Below, one piece after another: positions 26,401 to 40,052 of a stretch of 64,000 bases of DNA (its first letter is position 1; the number at the start of each line of letters is the position of its first letter). A program made the translations under genes and the position numbers. Below the pieces are notes generated by a model, which saw only the letters and a program-made list of their open reading frames with translations, did not search any database and was not told the origin of the DNA. This stretch comes from Eledone cirrhosa (taxonomy: Eukaryota), in assembly GCA_964016885.1 (NCBI GenBank), contig OZ024745.1, positions 13,082,001 through 13,146,000 of the forward strand, written 5' to 3'.

Positions 26401-27549
26401 GTTCTATTATTTGCTCAAATAATTATAAATAATAAAATACTCAAAATTACATATGTAAATAATTGTTTCTACTTTTGGCAAAAGGCCAACAATTATCCCA
26501 GTGCATTACTGGTACTTTATTTTATCGACCCCGTAAGGATGAAAGACAAAGTTAACCTCGATGGGATTTGAACTCAGACTGTACATATGTAAATAATATT
26601 ATATTCTTCTATACCGGGTTTGATTACTTTAACAATTTACATACAAAAAAGAACCAAACTAAAAAACCAAAACAAAAAAAAAACCGTTGAGCGGAATCGA
26701 ACTCCCATTTGAAAGATGGTGAACAGCGGCGCTACAAATGTACCACAGTGGGAACGCTTCTTTGTTTCTCATTTTAGGGCTAATATATTGCACGATTTTA
26801 ACAAGGAAGCGTTCAACCTGTGTATGTATGTGCGAGGAAGATTAAAAATATAACTGAAAGTTATTTCTTTTTCTTAGGTTGTATGCTGTTTAAAACGCCC
26901 ATAATTTGATGAGACGATCTAAAAACTGTACTAACTAGGCAATTTGATTTTCTGTTGGATTTTATAAAGGAATTCGATACAAAAAATATCTGTAGTCTGT
27001 ATCGGACTCACCCTTGACATGAGGAGAATAACTGCGCTACTACGGTACCACGGCGCCAATCGCCAGTATAGATCTTATTCTGAATACTTACCCTTGCGTC
27101 CAGAGTAACCGTCGATTTTTGTTGGGTTTCTTCATGAGTGACACTCAGAAGTCTCCCCCTATTGCGGAATATTCTTTTGCTTAAATTCTTTACCTTTGTT
27201 ATTTTTAAGATTTTTTTTTACACGAAAACACCTACAATATTTCATCCTGTACCAGTGGTCACGTAGCAGAAGGCACCCAGAGAACGAACGTTTGGGTCCC
27301 TGGCAAGCGAGAAGGACCCTCCTAAGCTCGACGATGTTGATCGACGTAGTTTGAGGAAGCATTAAACAGGATCGCTGTCTCGTCTGGGTGGCAGTGAATG
27401 GCTGAAGCTGCACAGGCGAGGGGAAGAGGCAGCTGCTACAGCGTCACATTAAGAAAGCATTTGAAGTTTGTCGTGTAAGATAGAAACAAGAGAAGTGGTG
27501 AAACATACCGCACCCTGGACATTTGCAGGCTTCCTATCTTTTTTAAGTA

Positions 27550-27620
<71 letters not shown>

Positions 27621-27649
27621 CACACATAACATACATATATATTATATAT

Positions 27650-27810
27650 ACATGGACACACTGGAAGAAGAAGACCAAGGTTAACGTATGTTGATGCCCT
27701 AAGGACAGACACTGGTCTGTTGGAGACGCAGGACATGGCAGCGATAATGAGGGACAGAGACCGCTGGAGAGAACTCGTCCATGGATCTCGGGAATTTTAC
27801 CCACCCTAGA
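27650..27810 (+). mobile_element. Short LINE 3' end (also 46108-46265 on + and 52110-52191 on -)
   Basis: Translates to RPRLTYVDAL...[11 protein letters not shown], a typical LINE ORF2 end; flanked by (TA)n. Confidence 0.65.
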
Positions 27811-27812
27811 TA

Positions 27813-27892
<80 letters not shown>

Positions 27893-27956
27893 AGAGAAGT
27901 GGTGAAAAATACCACACCCTGAATATTTCCAGGCTTCCTATCTTTTTTAAGTAATA

Positions 27957-29190
27957 CATACATGGTGGCTGCCAACTCGTTTTCGAGTACGGCCACTACT
28001 TTATATCCATGTAGGAGAACCCCTACCGATGCGCTGAACGAGTGTGACTTTTTAGTTCAGCCAGCAACTTGAAAACTCTGGTACAAACACTACACTTGTG
28101 ACAATTATTGACACATAGAGCTAGGCCCATGGTACCATGTGACGACAAGTGCACAGAGATCTCCAGATATAAAGCAATGCCTGTGCCGTGAAGCTTTTAT
28201 AGTGAACAAAGGCACTGCACAAAGCCAGTCCCACTCTCTTAACCAAGATGATATTTACCAAAAAGAAGAACAAGTCAACATCATTGGATACCGTCAGGGT
28301 TGCAGGTGTTATATCAGAGTTTTCCTTCTCTTAGAATTCTGCCTTGACAAAGGCTAAGGGGTCATCACTCCCGGTGATTTTGGATGGCCATTGACTCTTA
28401 AGAGATCCTTTTCCCTTTGACAGGTTTTGTTTTTAGTCCTGCAGGATGTCCAAAGTCACCCTCCTCACCAAAAAACCTCGGTAGGGTTGCCAGTTTAGTC
28501 GCCAACAACCCGACCATAAGACAGGTTGTACTGGGATCCATGTTACCAGTAGCACCAACTGGTGACCTGACATACATACATACATGGTGGCTGCCAACTC
28601 GTCTTCGAGTACGACCACTACTTTATATCCATGTAGGAGAACCCCTACCGATACGCTGAACGAGTGTGACTTTTTAGTCCAGCCAGCGACTTGAAAACTC
28701 TGGTACAAACACTACACTTGTGACAATTATTGACACATAGTGCTGGCCCATGGTACCATGTGAGGACAAGTGCAGAGAGATCTCCAGATATAAAGCAATG
28801 CCTGTGCCGTGAAGCTTTTATAGTGAGCAAAGGCACTGCGCAAAGCCAGTCCCACTCTCTTAACCAAGATGATATTTACCAAAAAGAAGAACAAGTCAAC
28901 ATCATTGGATACCATCAGGGTTGCAGGTGTTATATCAGAGTTTTCCTTCTCCTAGAATTCTGCCTTGACAAAGGCTAAGGGGTCATCTCTCCCTGTGATT
29001 TTGGATGGCCATTGACTCTTAAGAGCTCCTTTGCCCTTTGACAGGTTTTGTTTTTAGTCCTGCAGGATGTCCAAAGTCACCCTCCTCACCAAGAAACCTT
29101 GGTAGGGTTGCCAGTTTAGTCGCCAACGACCCGACCATAAGACAGGTTGTACTGGGATACATGTTACCAGTAGCACCAACTGGTGACCTG
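27957..29190 (-). mobile_element. Two tandem ~620-bp RTE-like 3' fragments with a C2H2 finger (single copy at ~46380-46995)
   Basis: HKCSVCTRVFKSLAGLKSH; the two units are near-identical and joined at TACATACA. Confidence 0.75.
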
Positions 29191-29217
29191 ACATACATAC
29201 ATACATACATACATACA

Positions 29218-29248
<31 letters not shown>

Positions 29249-29257
29249 GTGTGTGTG

Positions 29258-29307
<50 letters not shown>

Positions 29308-30384
29308 CTCTACGGTTCTTATATATTTGATATATATTTATCCTTGCCATTCTGAGGTTAACTTTGCCTTTCATCCTTACGGGGTCGATAAAATAAAGTA
29401 CCAGTAATGGACTGGGTAATTGCTGGTCTTGTGCCAAAAGTAGAAACAATTATTACTATATATATATATATATATAATAATATATTATATATATATATAT
29501 ATACATACACACACACTCACACACAAATAACATACATACACATATGTATGTATATTATTGAACCCTGAACGTTTATCTTTTTTAAGTAATACATACATAC
29601 ATATATTATATATATGTATATATATACACACACACACATAAGTGGTGAAACATACCACACCCAGAACATTTCAAGGCTTCCTATCTTTTTAAAGTAATAT
29701 ATACCTATATATATATTATTTCAGAGTAAAAAACAATTTATTCAAATTAATTTATAATTTCCATACCTGTCGGGACTCAGGAAATAGTGAAATATTTTTT
29801 TGCAAATTTCAGTTAAGTGAAAGAAATATTTTGTTTATATAAATATATATGTATATACATAATAAAGTAAAAGGTCTGTACAAGTTTTTGTTTTCTCAGC
29901 GAAATAGTTTACTTTTCTAACGAAACAAATTTCAGTTTTCGAAAGTTAAACAACGCCATTACAACCAGCCAACGTTTTGTTACTATGTTAGTTGCATTCC
30001 AACCAGTCTAACGCTTTGTGTTGTTGCTATTATCAACGATCTTTCTTAGTTAAAATAAACGGTTTAAAATATATAGAAGACATTTTATTTCTTATATCAC
30101 TTTTTACTTCTGGAATTAGTCTTACTATTCGAGCGGAGAATTACTTCAAATTCTGTTCAACATCTCAGCTTCTATTCTTCGGTTTCTTGGGACTGTTTTT
30201 CAATCAAACCTACCCCAAGTCTCACACACACACATATATAAAATCCAAAGCGGGCTCGATAAGGATAAATATTAAGAACCCTAGAGCAAATATTTAAATA
30301 TAAAAGCAGATTAAAGTTTTGTCATACCGGTAACCGGATAGTACTTACTACCCGTCATATTTATAGTTGTATTAAACAGATATA

Positions 30385-30464
<80 letters not shown>

Positions 30465-32039
30465 CGTTGCTTTCACCCTTTGTTATTTTAATAAATATAT
30501 TTTTCAATGACAAATATAACAAACTAGTGAATATCATAAACATGCATTTATTCATCAATATACACAAAAGATTTTCGTAACATTATTCATTCCATTAACA
30601 AACATTTTGCTGCTGAATTAGAATCATTCATTCTTTACAGAATCTGAAAGAAAAAAAAATGAGTTGTATTTTTCATCTGGACATCGGCAAATATGAGCTA
30701 GAAAAAATCTATTTCCAACACATATTCACCGATGTCTAGATTAATAATATGTGTGTATGTATGCATGTGTGTGCGTTTCGTATCGAAGGCCTTCACTCCC
30801 GAGGGGAGCCATTGTGTATTGGTGTTCACCATTCTTCTCCAGTTTTCGAATTTTTTTGGTATCGAGAGTAAATCTCTTGTCTTCTCGGAAGCCCCAGGTT
30901 TCCCTGCCCTGGAAGAGCCTGGTCAAGAGTTCATACAGCGCGTGCGGCTGTACCGTACACCTTGCAACTAGGTTACAGGGGGTGTTTAAGAACCCAAGAC
31001 TACCTGGTAAACGTCGAAAACAAGGTGAAGATGACTGCTACTTCACACTAGTCTTCAAGACGGACTCAACTACAAACCATATCGGGTTACCCGTGGCAGT
31101 AGACTGATTAATTATTTCAAATCACATCTATTTATAACCTTCTATAGATGTTATAAGCATTATGACGTCATAATGACAATATGGAGGAATTTTAAATGTT
31201 AAGTTTTCAATTTTTTTTTCTTCTTCTTTTTTTGCAAAAAAACAAAATATTTATTTATGAATAACTAATCCCCCCCACCCCCTCCCCATTCTTCTTTGAC
31301 ACTAGGGTCCTTCCCATTCCCCACCCCCTTTCCGTATTTTCTCTCGTTTTTTCTTAATATTTTCCTATTTTACATTGCATTAATAAAGGAAAGAGCAATA
31401 AATAAATAAATAAATAAATAAAAGGGAAAGAAAAAGGCTATGTGGTGAAGATGAAACCCTGTACGTATGGCCGGGTGGCATATCTCAGCTGTGTCTAGCA
31501 GACAAGATGGCGAGAATATTGCCACAATGAACAATTGACGATACCCATCAGTCCTTTTAACTGGAGGACACCTTTCTCAGCTTTTGATGCTTTCGTCCCG
31601 ATTTGACAGACGAAAACAACATTCCGGTATTAACAGACAAAATGTTTAAACGTCGACTGACAAAAAAAGGAATCAGTCAATTTATGTCTTGTATTTGTTC
31701 ATTTTCCACTCCCTTACATTGTAAGAGTTAGATTTGACAAAATTTCAGATTTAAATCAGGGGTTTGGAATTCAAGGATTCAAAGGTCCATTACGCCCTGG
31801 GGAAGAGGTGTGTGTGTGTGTGTGTGTGTGCGTGTGTGTGTGGGGGGGGTGACAGCTCATACCTATGCATGTTTAGCTGGCTTCCTCCAAGGTATATCTC
31901 GTTGGAGGTGTCTTGAGGAATTTAATGATAGTGACCCCAGTCCTATCATCTCATTTCTACAGCTGAATAAACTAGAGCAACGTGAAAAAAAGTGTCTTGC
32001 TCAAGGAAACAACACATCACCCGGTCCGAGAATTGAAGC

Positions 32040-33100
32040 ATGGCGTCCGACCCTCTACCGATACAGCAAATTTCCACCATTTATAATGATAATCTACAAT
32101 ACAGCTGAAAATCCCCCGGAACAGACGAGTGACTGGTTAGTTCATTATCGTCGACACCGAGATCGCCCCACCCTCGAGAACGTCGTCGTACTTGTGCACC
32201 ACCAGTCCTCTATAGAACTCTAATGTAGAATGTCAATTGATCGCAATGCCCAATTAGTAGACGGCTGTGTGCGCCTGACAAAATTCCTGATAGCAGGCAC
32301 CCAATCTTGGTCTTTGCTTGATCTACGATTGCATCTCAGTGAAAGAGACAAGCTAGGAAAATAGGTGCTTTACATACGACGACCACACCTGTTAACCGGT
32401 CAGGCGGTAGGTAGTAGGTGACAGATGCGATGTACGTATTCGCCATCTGTGGCCGACCTTTCAGAGATAGCTTTCTCACGGCCCAATTTTGGATGCGAGT
32501 GGTCACTCTGCTTGTTACCTCCAAGTTTCTATTCATTTGGAGGTCTGGATCAAACTAGACCCCGAACAATTTAACCGGCCCACCAGTCCATCGCCTGACG
32601 ACGCTGTTGGAATGTATAGATTCGTTTCTCCAGGTACTGAGTCGCAGGCACCGATTTTCCCTAGTGCAATTTCATCCCTGTTAACGTTTCATATACCCTG
32701 AGAGCGTTGCTCATCACCTCACTGTAGTTGGTGTTCGACACCACTTTGTTGACGTCGTAGGTATATGCTGACACGGAGCTCCCACAACTTAGTTCCCACA
32801 AGCTGCCTCTCAACGTCTCCAGTGTGTACAGTAGTGGTTCGAGAGCCAGCACATACAACAGGGACGAAAGGCAACAAACTTGGCGGACTAAGCGCATGAT
32901 ATTGAGCTCTGACCTCAGAGTAAATGTTGCTGTGCATATACGATATATCTCGTTCAGCCTCTCTCTGGCTCTCTTTCCCTCTCTCACTATATATAGTCAT
33001 TACGACAGCGGAGGTCCGACGAGCTTTTGATTCCAGAGACTGGCCAAATCGATACAGATCGAACCTTGAGCTGATCAATAGCGAAACACTCGTCACCACT
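32040..33100 (-). mobile_element. Degenerate L1/Tx1-clade LINE RT fragment (duplicate at ~50277-51320)
   Basis: RQVCCLSSLLYVLALEPLL (cf. RQGCPLSPLLY), SAYTYDV (cf. YADD), WAVRKLSLKGR. Confidence 0.8.
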
Positions 33101-33136
33101 CAATAATCATAATGAAGACATAACAAATCGCCCTTT

Positions 33137-33186
<50 letters not shown>

Positions 33187-34062
33187 TATAAGATATAGAT
33201 TAAGGGATTTTTCGCTGCTGTTTCTAGCAAACAGAATGAATGCAGAATGACTTCCTCGTGACTTGTTCCTTGATCATGTATGTACATGAGTGCACAATAT
33301 ATATTTATTGAATTAATATAAATATGTATATAGTTTAATTATATACTGGTGGTGTTAGACATGGCCTGGGCCAATGCTGGCCGAAACCTATCAAAGTTAT
33401 TAAGATTATCAAAATTATATTTATTTATGCATAACAGTTTTTATTAGGAATTCGAATATAAATTCAATTTAGTTATAAATGAAAACATATTCTGCTAATC
33501 TTTGCGAACATAGAAAAAAAATGAAGCAAAACAAAAGAAAAAGAAAACAAAGATTGCTTTGGTTTGTAACACATCTAATAGGATCTGGTAAATCGATGGA
33601 AAATTGGCTGCTATTTCTAGCAAATAGAGCCACTACCCAAAGTGATGGTCATGACCCCGCAGAGACTATCTTATCGATATGCATACAATCAATGACATTC
33701 ATGTGTTTATATGGGTATCTGAGACTACATTGTTTAATGTGTGTCCTTCGTTGTTTGAAAACATAGCAGGAGGTAAATTTGGCTGCTATTTTTAGCAAAA
33801 TCATAAACATTCATGTCAGCAAAAAACAAAAAAAAAACTTCTTTTTCAAGGGAGGCAACTCTGATGAATATTTTCAGAAAAATTAGAAAACCTTTTCGGA
33901 GAATGCTAATTACTTGCCGTCGCTAATGACCTGACGTCAATTTTACTAACTGATTCTATTTTTTACATTTTTTATGTAAAATCTTTGAAGTTTTAGTTTT
34001 ATCATTGTTGCTGGGGGTTGTTTAAGACTACACCCCTATAGTATATATATATATATATATAT

Positions 34063-34975
34063 GGAACCAGTAAGACCCCGACGGCTGAGCTCAAGCCGTT
34101 TCGACGGCTAATTCTGGACTAAATGAAAATTTATCCTGGTTTTTAAATAGCCGATCTTCTCAACGGGTAATTCCATATATGGTCAAAGTGATTGTCAAAA
34201 GTCAGTAGTAATTCTGTGATTGCAAATTAGTAGGGGAGATGGTGGCTAAACCTGCCAGTAGGAGAAAGAGGGGAGGGGGTGGAGTAGACCCAATCAAGCG
34301 TTGGTAGTGCCAGCTACAGCTGGGCATGAGGTCAAAGAAGATACTGGGGAGGGGGAGGGGGAGGAAGTCGGAACGGTAGTTAGAACAATGAGGGGTAAAA
34401 ATATATATGAAAGAAAAGCGAATAAGTGTAAAGAAAAAAGTAAAGCAAGTTCTACGACCTAAGTCTCTAGCTATTGTTAGGCTAGATAAATAAATAAATA
34501 AACAAAGAAAGAAGTAAAGAAAGAAATAAAGAAATAACGAAATAAGTAAATGAACTAGGTGGGACGGAATAGGCAAGGACCCTTTTAAGAGGTATAAGTA
34601 CGTAAATCATACGGTGACGGGTCAACAAATGGTGCCAAAATACTAAAGAGACTACCACGAAATAAATAATAAAGGTTTCTATCCCGGGCACAATGCCACC
34701 AACCACCCAGTGCAGCAAAGTAAACTAGCACTACCAACGCTTGATTGGGTCTACTCCACCCCCTCCCCTCTTTCTCCTACTGGCAGGTTTAGCCACCATC
34801 TCCCCTACTAATTTGCAATCACAGAATTATTACTGACTTTTGACAACCACTTTGACCATATATGGAATTACCCGTTGAGAAGATCGGCTATTTAAATACC
34901 AGGATAAATTTTCATTTAGTCCAGAATTAGCCGTCGAAACGGCTTGAGCTCAGCCGTCGGGGTCTTACTGGTTCC
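34063..34975. repeat. 248-bp inverted repeat pair (34063-34310 and 34728-34975) around a 417-bp spacer; related diverged copy without the inversion at ~52190-52830
   Basis: Arms are reverse complements with about 3 mismatches seen by eye. Confidence 0.9.
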
Positions 34976-35057
34976 TATTACCCACTCTACTACCCCAAGT
35001 ATTGGGTACTTTGGTGCGTTATGGTCCACCTGGTTCCTTACCACATTTCTTTCGTTA

Positions 35058-35121
<64 letters not shown>

Positions 35122-35878
35122 ATACAATAACAGAGAAAGCTTTAAGCTAAACTCTGACTGGTAACTATCTCACTCAGCAAACATTAGGATATACGTTAGT
35201 ATAATTCCAATGTTGTGTTTGGGGTGCTAACTATATGTATTTTGTGGAAAACCAGTTGTATTAATTTATATGAGATATAATTAAAATTAAAATATATCTC
35301 TCTTTCCAAACAATTGTTTCATTATAAGTTTTCTACAAGTTGGGAGAATGTTTCCAGTTTATGTAGAAGTCTAACATATTTTTCTGTAAGAATATATGTA
35401 GTTGGGTACTTATAAATCATCAGTGGATGCCCATTAAACTTTCATATAAGAAAAAATTTCTTACCGCAGTTATTTTTCGTGTTGGCTAAGTCATTCCTTC
35501 ACGCATCAAATGACCGCCAAATTTGAAATTCCAACAGTCTTTAGACTGAGGAAATATCATAGCGTCACGAAGCGGAAAAGGGAGGCAATCGCGAGTCACA
35601 AGAAAAGTAAAATAATATACACGTGGGTTAATTAGTTTTTTCAAAAACATTATATCAATCCTGCGTGTTAAGAACTCAATTAATTTAAAAAAAATAAATG
35701 TATGCATGTAATAATTACACACGCATATAGATATTTTCTTAGCCTAAAAACAGAGAAGTGATACCTAGATAACAAACAATATCTCATAACTAATAAATAC
35801 GGAAAGTTACGTTTAAAAGGTATCTGGAAATAAAATTCTGTGGCCAAATCAAGAGTAAAATATTTATATATATATACA

Positions 35879-36593
35879 TTTAGCTCTGGTTTTTAACTAT
35901 TGAGCGCTTTGCCAGTATCATTTCTGATTTTTGCGTTTCGCTTCGCTTTTCCTTCCCGCCGAAATGCGATTCTCGCTGAATCTTTATTTGTATTAATCTC
36001 CCATGTCTTACAATTAACTTGTTAATAATTTCTATTGACAGGTTAATTGTATAAGTTTATATTAAAACCACTCGGTTGAGAACTTATTCGATTTGTGCTA
36101 TTTATGCTATTTTTCGCATGATTTACACTTACTGAATTACTTTGCCAAAATCTGGGGTTATTCCCCTTGTGATTTCCACACGTGGTTTAACTTACCACTG
36201 TGTCATTCACTTATTTGGTACAGAGCGAAATACCTGTTGATAACGTGATATTCCTTGTTCGATCATTATAACCAAAGCTTATATTTTTAAGCAGACTGTA
36301 TTTTGATTTAGGTGTCACAGAAACTGTACATCGGATTTTAACAGCAATTCCGGGAGTCCAGGTCTGGTTATCATTTATTTTTTATCATTTATTTTGTTTT
36401 GACCTGTTTAGCTTGATTTGGTTTTTCGCTTGGGTGGTTGATACCTTTTTGACCACCTTTTCAGTTTTGTATGGCTTCTTAACACATTGTTTAGCTCTGG
36501 TTTTTAACTATTGAGCACTTTGCGAGTATTATTTCTGATTTTTGCGTTTCGCTTCGCTTTTCCTGCCCGCCGAAATGCGATTCTCGCTGAATC

Positions 36594-36600
<7 letters not shown>
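35879..36600. repeat. ~110-bp direct repeats (35879-35989 and 36490-36600) flanking ~500 bp, embedded between TA runs
   Basis: TTTAGCTCTGGTTTTTAACTATTGAGC...CTGAATCTTTATTT occurs twice. Confidence 0.8.
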
Positions 36601-36670
<70 letters not shown>

Positions 36671-36753
36671 TTTTAAGTATAAATGATGAAAATAGCTATT
36701 TACATATGAGGCAAGAACTGTTGCTGGGGGTTGTTTAAGACTACACACCTATA

Positions 36754-36806
<53 letters not shown>

Positions 36807-36807
<1 letters not shown>

Positions 36808-37799
36808 TAACTGAGGTACCCAGCGTTGCTAGGGTATAAGTAATACAATTGTTTGTGCAGAAACAACACTTGATGAAGCTCTTGGTTGAAATAAATCTTA
36901 TAGGAAAACATGGTCATCATCGGAGATGTCCACACCACGGCCAACTGGTTAATACGACCCGCAGAAGCCATCTATCCGTCCCGTAAGATGTTCCATTCGC
37001 TTAAATATATGCATGTTAGCAGCAAAGATGACACAGCCTAGGGTGGGTAGGTAATTTTTAAATATCTTTACGGCCTGTGTATCAACTGTGGCCCGTTGAA
37101 GATTTCTATTCGACTCGCAAAGGGTTCTGCCAGGTATACATTTTTGGAAAATACCCCCGCATTACCCAACCAGAGCTCATAAATCCCATTTGTCTAGGTA
37201 AAACTCGGCCCGTGGAGGGCAAATTCAATTGTTATACATCCCATTGTTGTACAGCTTTCTGTCCCACAGGAAAAAACCATCCACTGCACATAAGTGGTGT
37301 ATCGATGATGTTTCAAAAAAGCATTTGCGACATTCGATATTTGCGGTGTTTTCGCTTTATTAAGGTGCCCTGGGGAAACTTATTGATACATAAATAATGC
37401 ACCTGTAATAATAAAACTTTATTGATACATAAATAATGCACCTGTACAGTTTAAAGCAAATTGGTTGCTCATATCAGAAGAAACAAACCAAATGAAAAAT
37501 ATGTTTGTGTAGCTTTTTGCCTTCTGCGAGTTGTCTGGGATAATTTTTTCTTAGCCTAAATCCATCCTCAGCACATAATTCATATGAGCATTTGTATGCA
37601 AATGTCCTATTGATTTATTAAAAAATCGATGCAGACTGGAAATTATTGTTTTTTTTTTAACTTCAAAGTACGTAAGAAATCAAATGGGCACGTGAGCCAC
37701 AAACGTGTCAAGTTTCATCAAGATCGGTTTGGTAGTTTTTGAGTTTTAGGTTCACAAACAAATCCACAAACAAACATACAAACAGACAGAAATTGCCAT
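36807..37799 (-). mobile_element. Non-autonomous Helitron (second family); 5' end clipped by an RTE fragment
   Basis: Minus strand ends CCCTAGCAACGCTGGG hairpin + TACCTCAGTTAG|T (degenerate CTAG); (CTGT/TTGT) microsatellite near the 5' end. Confidence 0.65.
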
Positions 37800-38019
37800 T
37801 GTAGTGTTCAGAAGAGAAGACTGCGTTGGTATGGACATGTGATGCGCATGGAAGATGACTGCTGGGTAAAGAAGTGCCAAGAAATCCCAGTGGAAGGAAG
37901 ACCACGAAAATCATGGGTGGAGGTGGTGAGAGCTGACCTCAAATCGCTGAAGCTCATGGAGGAGATGACGAAGGACCTTGACAAATAAAATGATGATGAT
38001 GATGATGATGATATAACTC

Positions 38020-38467
38020 ACACTCTAAACCTAACACTAACTAACCCAAACCCTAACCTTAACGCTTGCCTTAATCCTAACGCTAACACTGAACTCTAAC
38101 TCAAACCCTAACCCTGTTACTAACACTATCACTAACCCTAATCCTAACCATAACACTAAACGTAACCCTAACGCTAGCCTTAACCCTAACCCTAAATTTA
38201 ACTCTAACACTAATCCTAACCCTAACACTAACCTTAACCCTTACACTTACCCAACCCTAACCCTAACTCTAAATCTAAACCTAACACTAACTTTAACCCT
38301 AGCCTTATCCCTAAACGTAACCCTTACCTTACCCTAAATCCTAACCTTAAACCCTAACACTAACCCTAACCTTAACCCTAATCCTAACCATAACTCTATC
38401 ACTAACCCTAACTCAAAACCTAAACCTTTACCTTAACCCCAACCTTACCCCTAAATCCTCACCCTAA
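38020..38467. repeat. Degenerate interstitial (CCCTAA)n telomere-like tract
   Basis: Many AACCCT units with frequent variants; not terminal. Confidence 0.75.
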
Positions 38468-40052
38468 GGGCCAATGGCGTGAATTTGGATAACTATGTAG
38501 AATGGTAACTGTAAGTTAAGGACTTCAGGATGAAAACCATTCAATTGAAAGGAACTGAGAGAGATTTGGGCTGAACACACGCTTTCAAATGAATTATAGT
38601 CAGCCAATTGGCACAGTTATTATTCATATTAAATGTCTCTTCATTCATATTTCAAATCTCGCTGATGTCAATTTTAAGCACTACTCCAGGTCGTTTGATG
38701 GCGGTATTGTTACAGAAGTCCTTATTTATTTGCAAAGTTTTGTTATGTAGGTGTAAGCATCAAAATAAGTCAAGGTTTTGTTTTTGCTGTTGGGTCAGAC
38801 CTGACTCAGCAGACAGCCATTTTGAAAAGTCATTCGAGATGTGACCATCTCATTTTTATTTTTGTTGCTATTTTTGTTGTTGTCGCTCTTGTAGTTGGAG
38901 TTGTTGTTTTTTTCAGTTGTTTCGTTGTGGCTGTTGTTCATGTTGTTGTTGGTGATGTTGCTAATTTTGTTGTTGAATGTTGTGTTTGTAATTGTTATTT
39001 TTTCTTTGATCACAATGGTGCCTGCTGTAGTTATGTTATCCCTCCTCTCAACTGTTAAGTCACTATCCCGAGACGGCAGTTTTAATGTTGGAGGTGGGGG
39101 TGGGGGACTGTCTCATCCATTTTATTAAAAAGATACCGCAAAAATCAAATACAATTCCAAGAAAACAACAACTCAAATTTATAAACTCACGGAGCTTACA
39201 AAAAACACGTCTTCTCTTGTCGACAACCAATAATAACAATAATAATTGTTTCTACTTTAGGCACAAGGCCAGCAATTACCCAGTGTATTACTGGTACTTT
39301 ATTTTATCGACCCCGTGAGGATGAAAGGCAAAGTCAACCTCGGCGGGACTTGAACTGTATAATAACTGAATAATAACAATAATAATGCTTTCTTTATTAA
39401 CCACAAGGGTTGACACAAAGTATAACATTAAGGACAACACAGGATAATAATAATAATTGTTTCTACTTTTGGCACAAGGCCAGCAATTATCCCAGTGCAA
39501 AAGTTTCTGCTTTAGGTACAATTTTATTTTGAGGAGGAATTAAATCGACCCCAAGGTGTTACTGGTACTTTATTTTATCGACCCTGTAAAGATAAAAGGC
39601 ACACACATCACATCACACATCCTCCCTTTCCAATATCCTAAACGGACGTTAGTCCGTTTAGTAATATTGTTGTGGTCGTGTTTTCGTTGGCAATCGTCTG
39701 TTTACGACAGTACAGCGCGGCTCTACTTTATTGAACTGAGATAAAACTTATATGAGCATGAACAGTAGATCATTACGCATCATTTGGCTTAAAAATCTAG
39801 AAATTTGGTCCAGCGGGAAAAAGTTTATAATCAAAGTTTGCTGATAAATCTTGTGTTCAAGTGAGTGATTAGTAAGCGTGACGCTAGGGCAGGTAATCCA
39901 CAAATGACGTAGCTTTCTCATTAAGCAAGTTGCCTCAACTAGATTGCAATTATACTCAAAAGAACTTTAAAATGTCAATCACTTGTCAGTAATTCACTAT
40001 GATCATTTAATTATTAGATAGTTGTTGCTTGCATTGCTTTAAAAAATAGTAG

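Larger units (their letters stand above)
24925..34045 (+). repeat. Segmental duplication, copy A (~9.1 kb)
   Basis: Colinear and near-identical to ~43885-52030; for example ORFs 29992/47873 and 30751/48937 are identical in the track. Confidence 0.95.

Noticed and set aside
26684-26756. tRNA-like sequence on the minus strand (A-box-like TGGTACATTTG, B-box GTTCGATTC, T-run)
   Set aside because: It cannot be folded into a convincing cloverleaf, and the B-box is mutated in the duplicate (~45125-45195). At most a tRNA/SINE relic.
29992-30297. 101-aa ORF identical in both duplicates
   Set aside because: It has a non-ATG start, is AT-rich and has no motif. Identity is expected from the recent duplication.
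34077-34110. Ribozyme-like hairpins (CTGAG...TTTCG) in the inverted repeat, and the conserved ATTCCGTCCCACCTAGT on the minus strand at ~34554-34570 as a possible HDV-like motif
   Set aside because: The core order and pairing do not fit a hammerhead, and the nested pseudoknot of an HDV-like fold could not be built by eye.
38020-38467. Telomere or chromosome-fusion site
   Set aside because: The tract is highly degenerate, single-orientation and interstitial, with no head-to-head junction.
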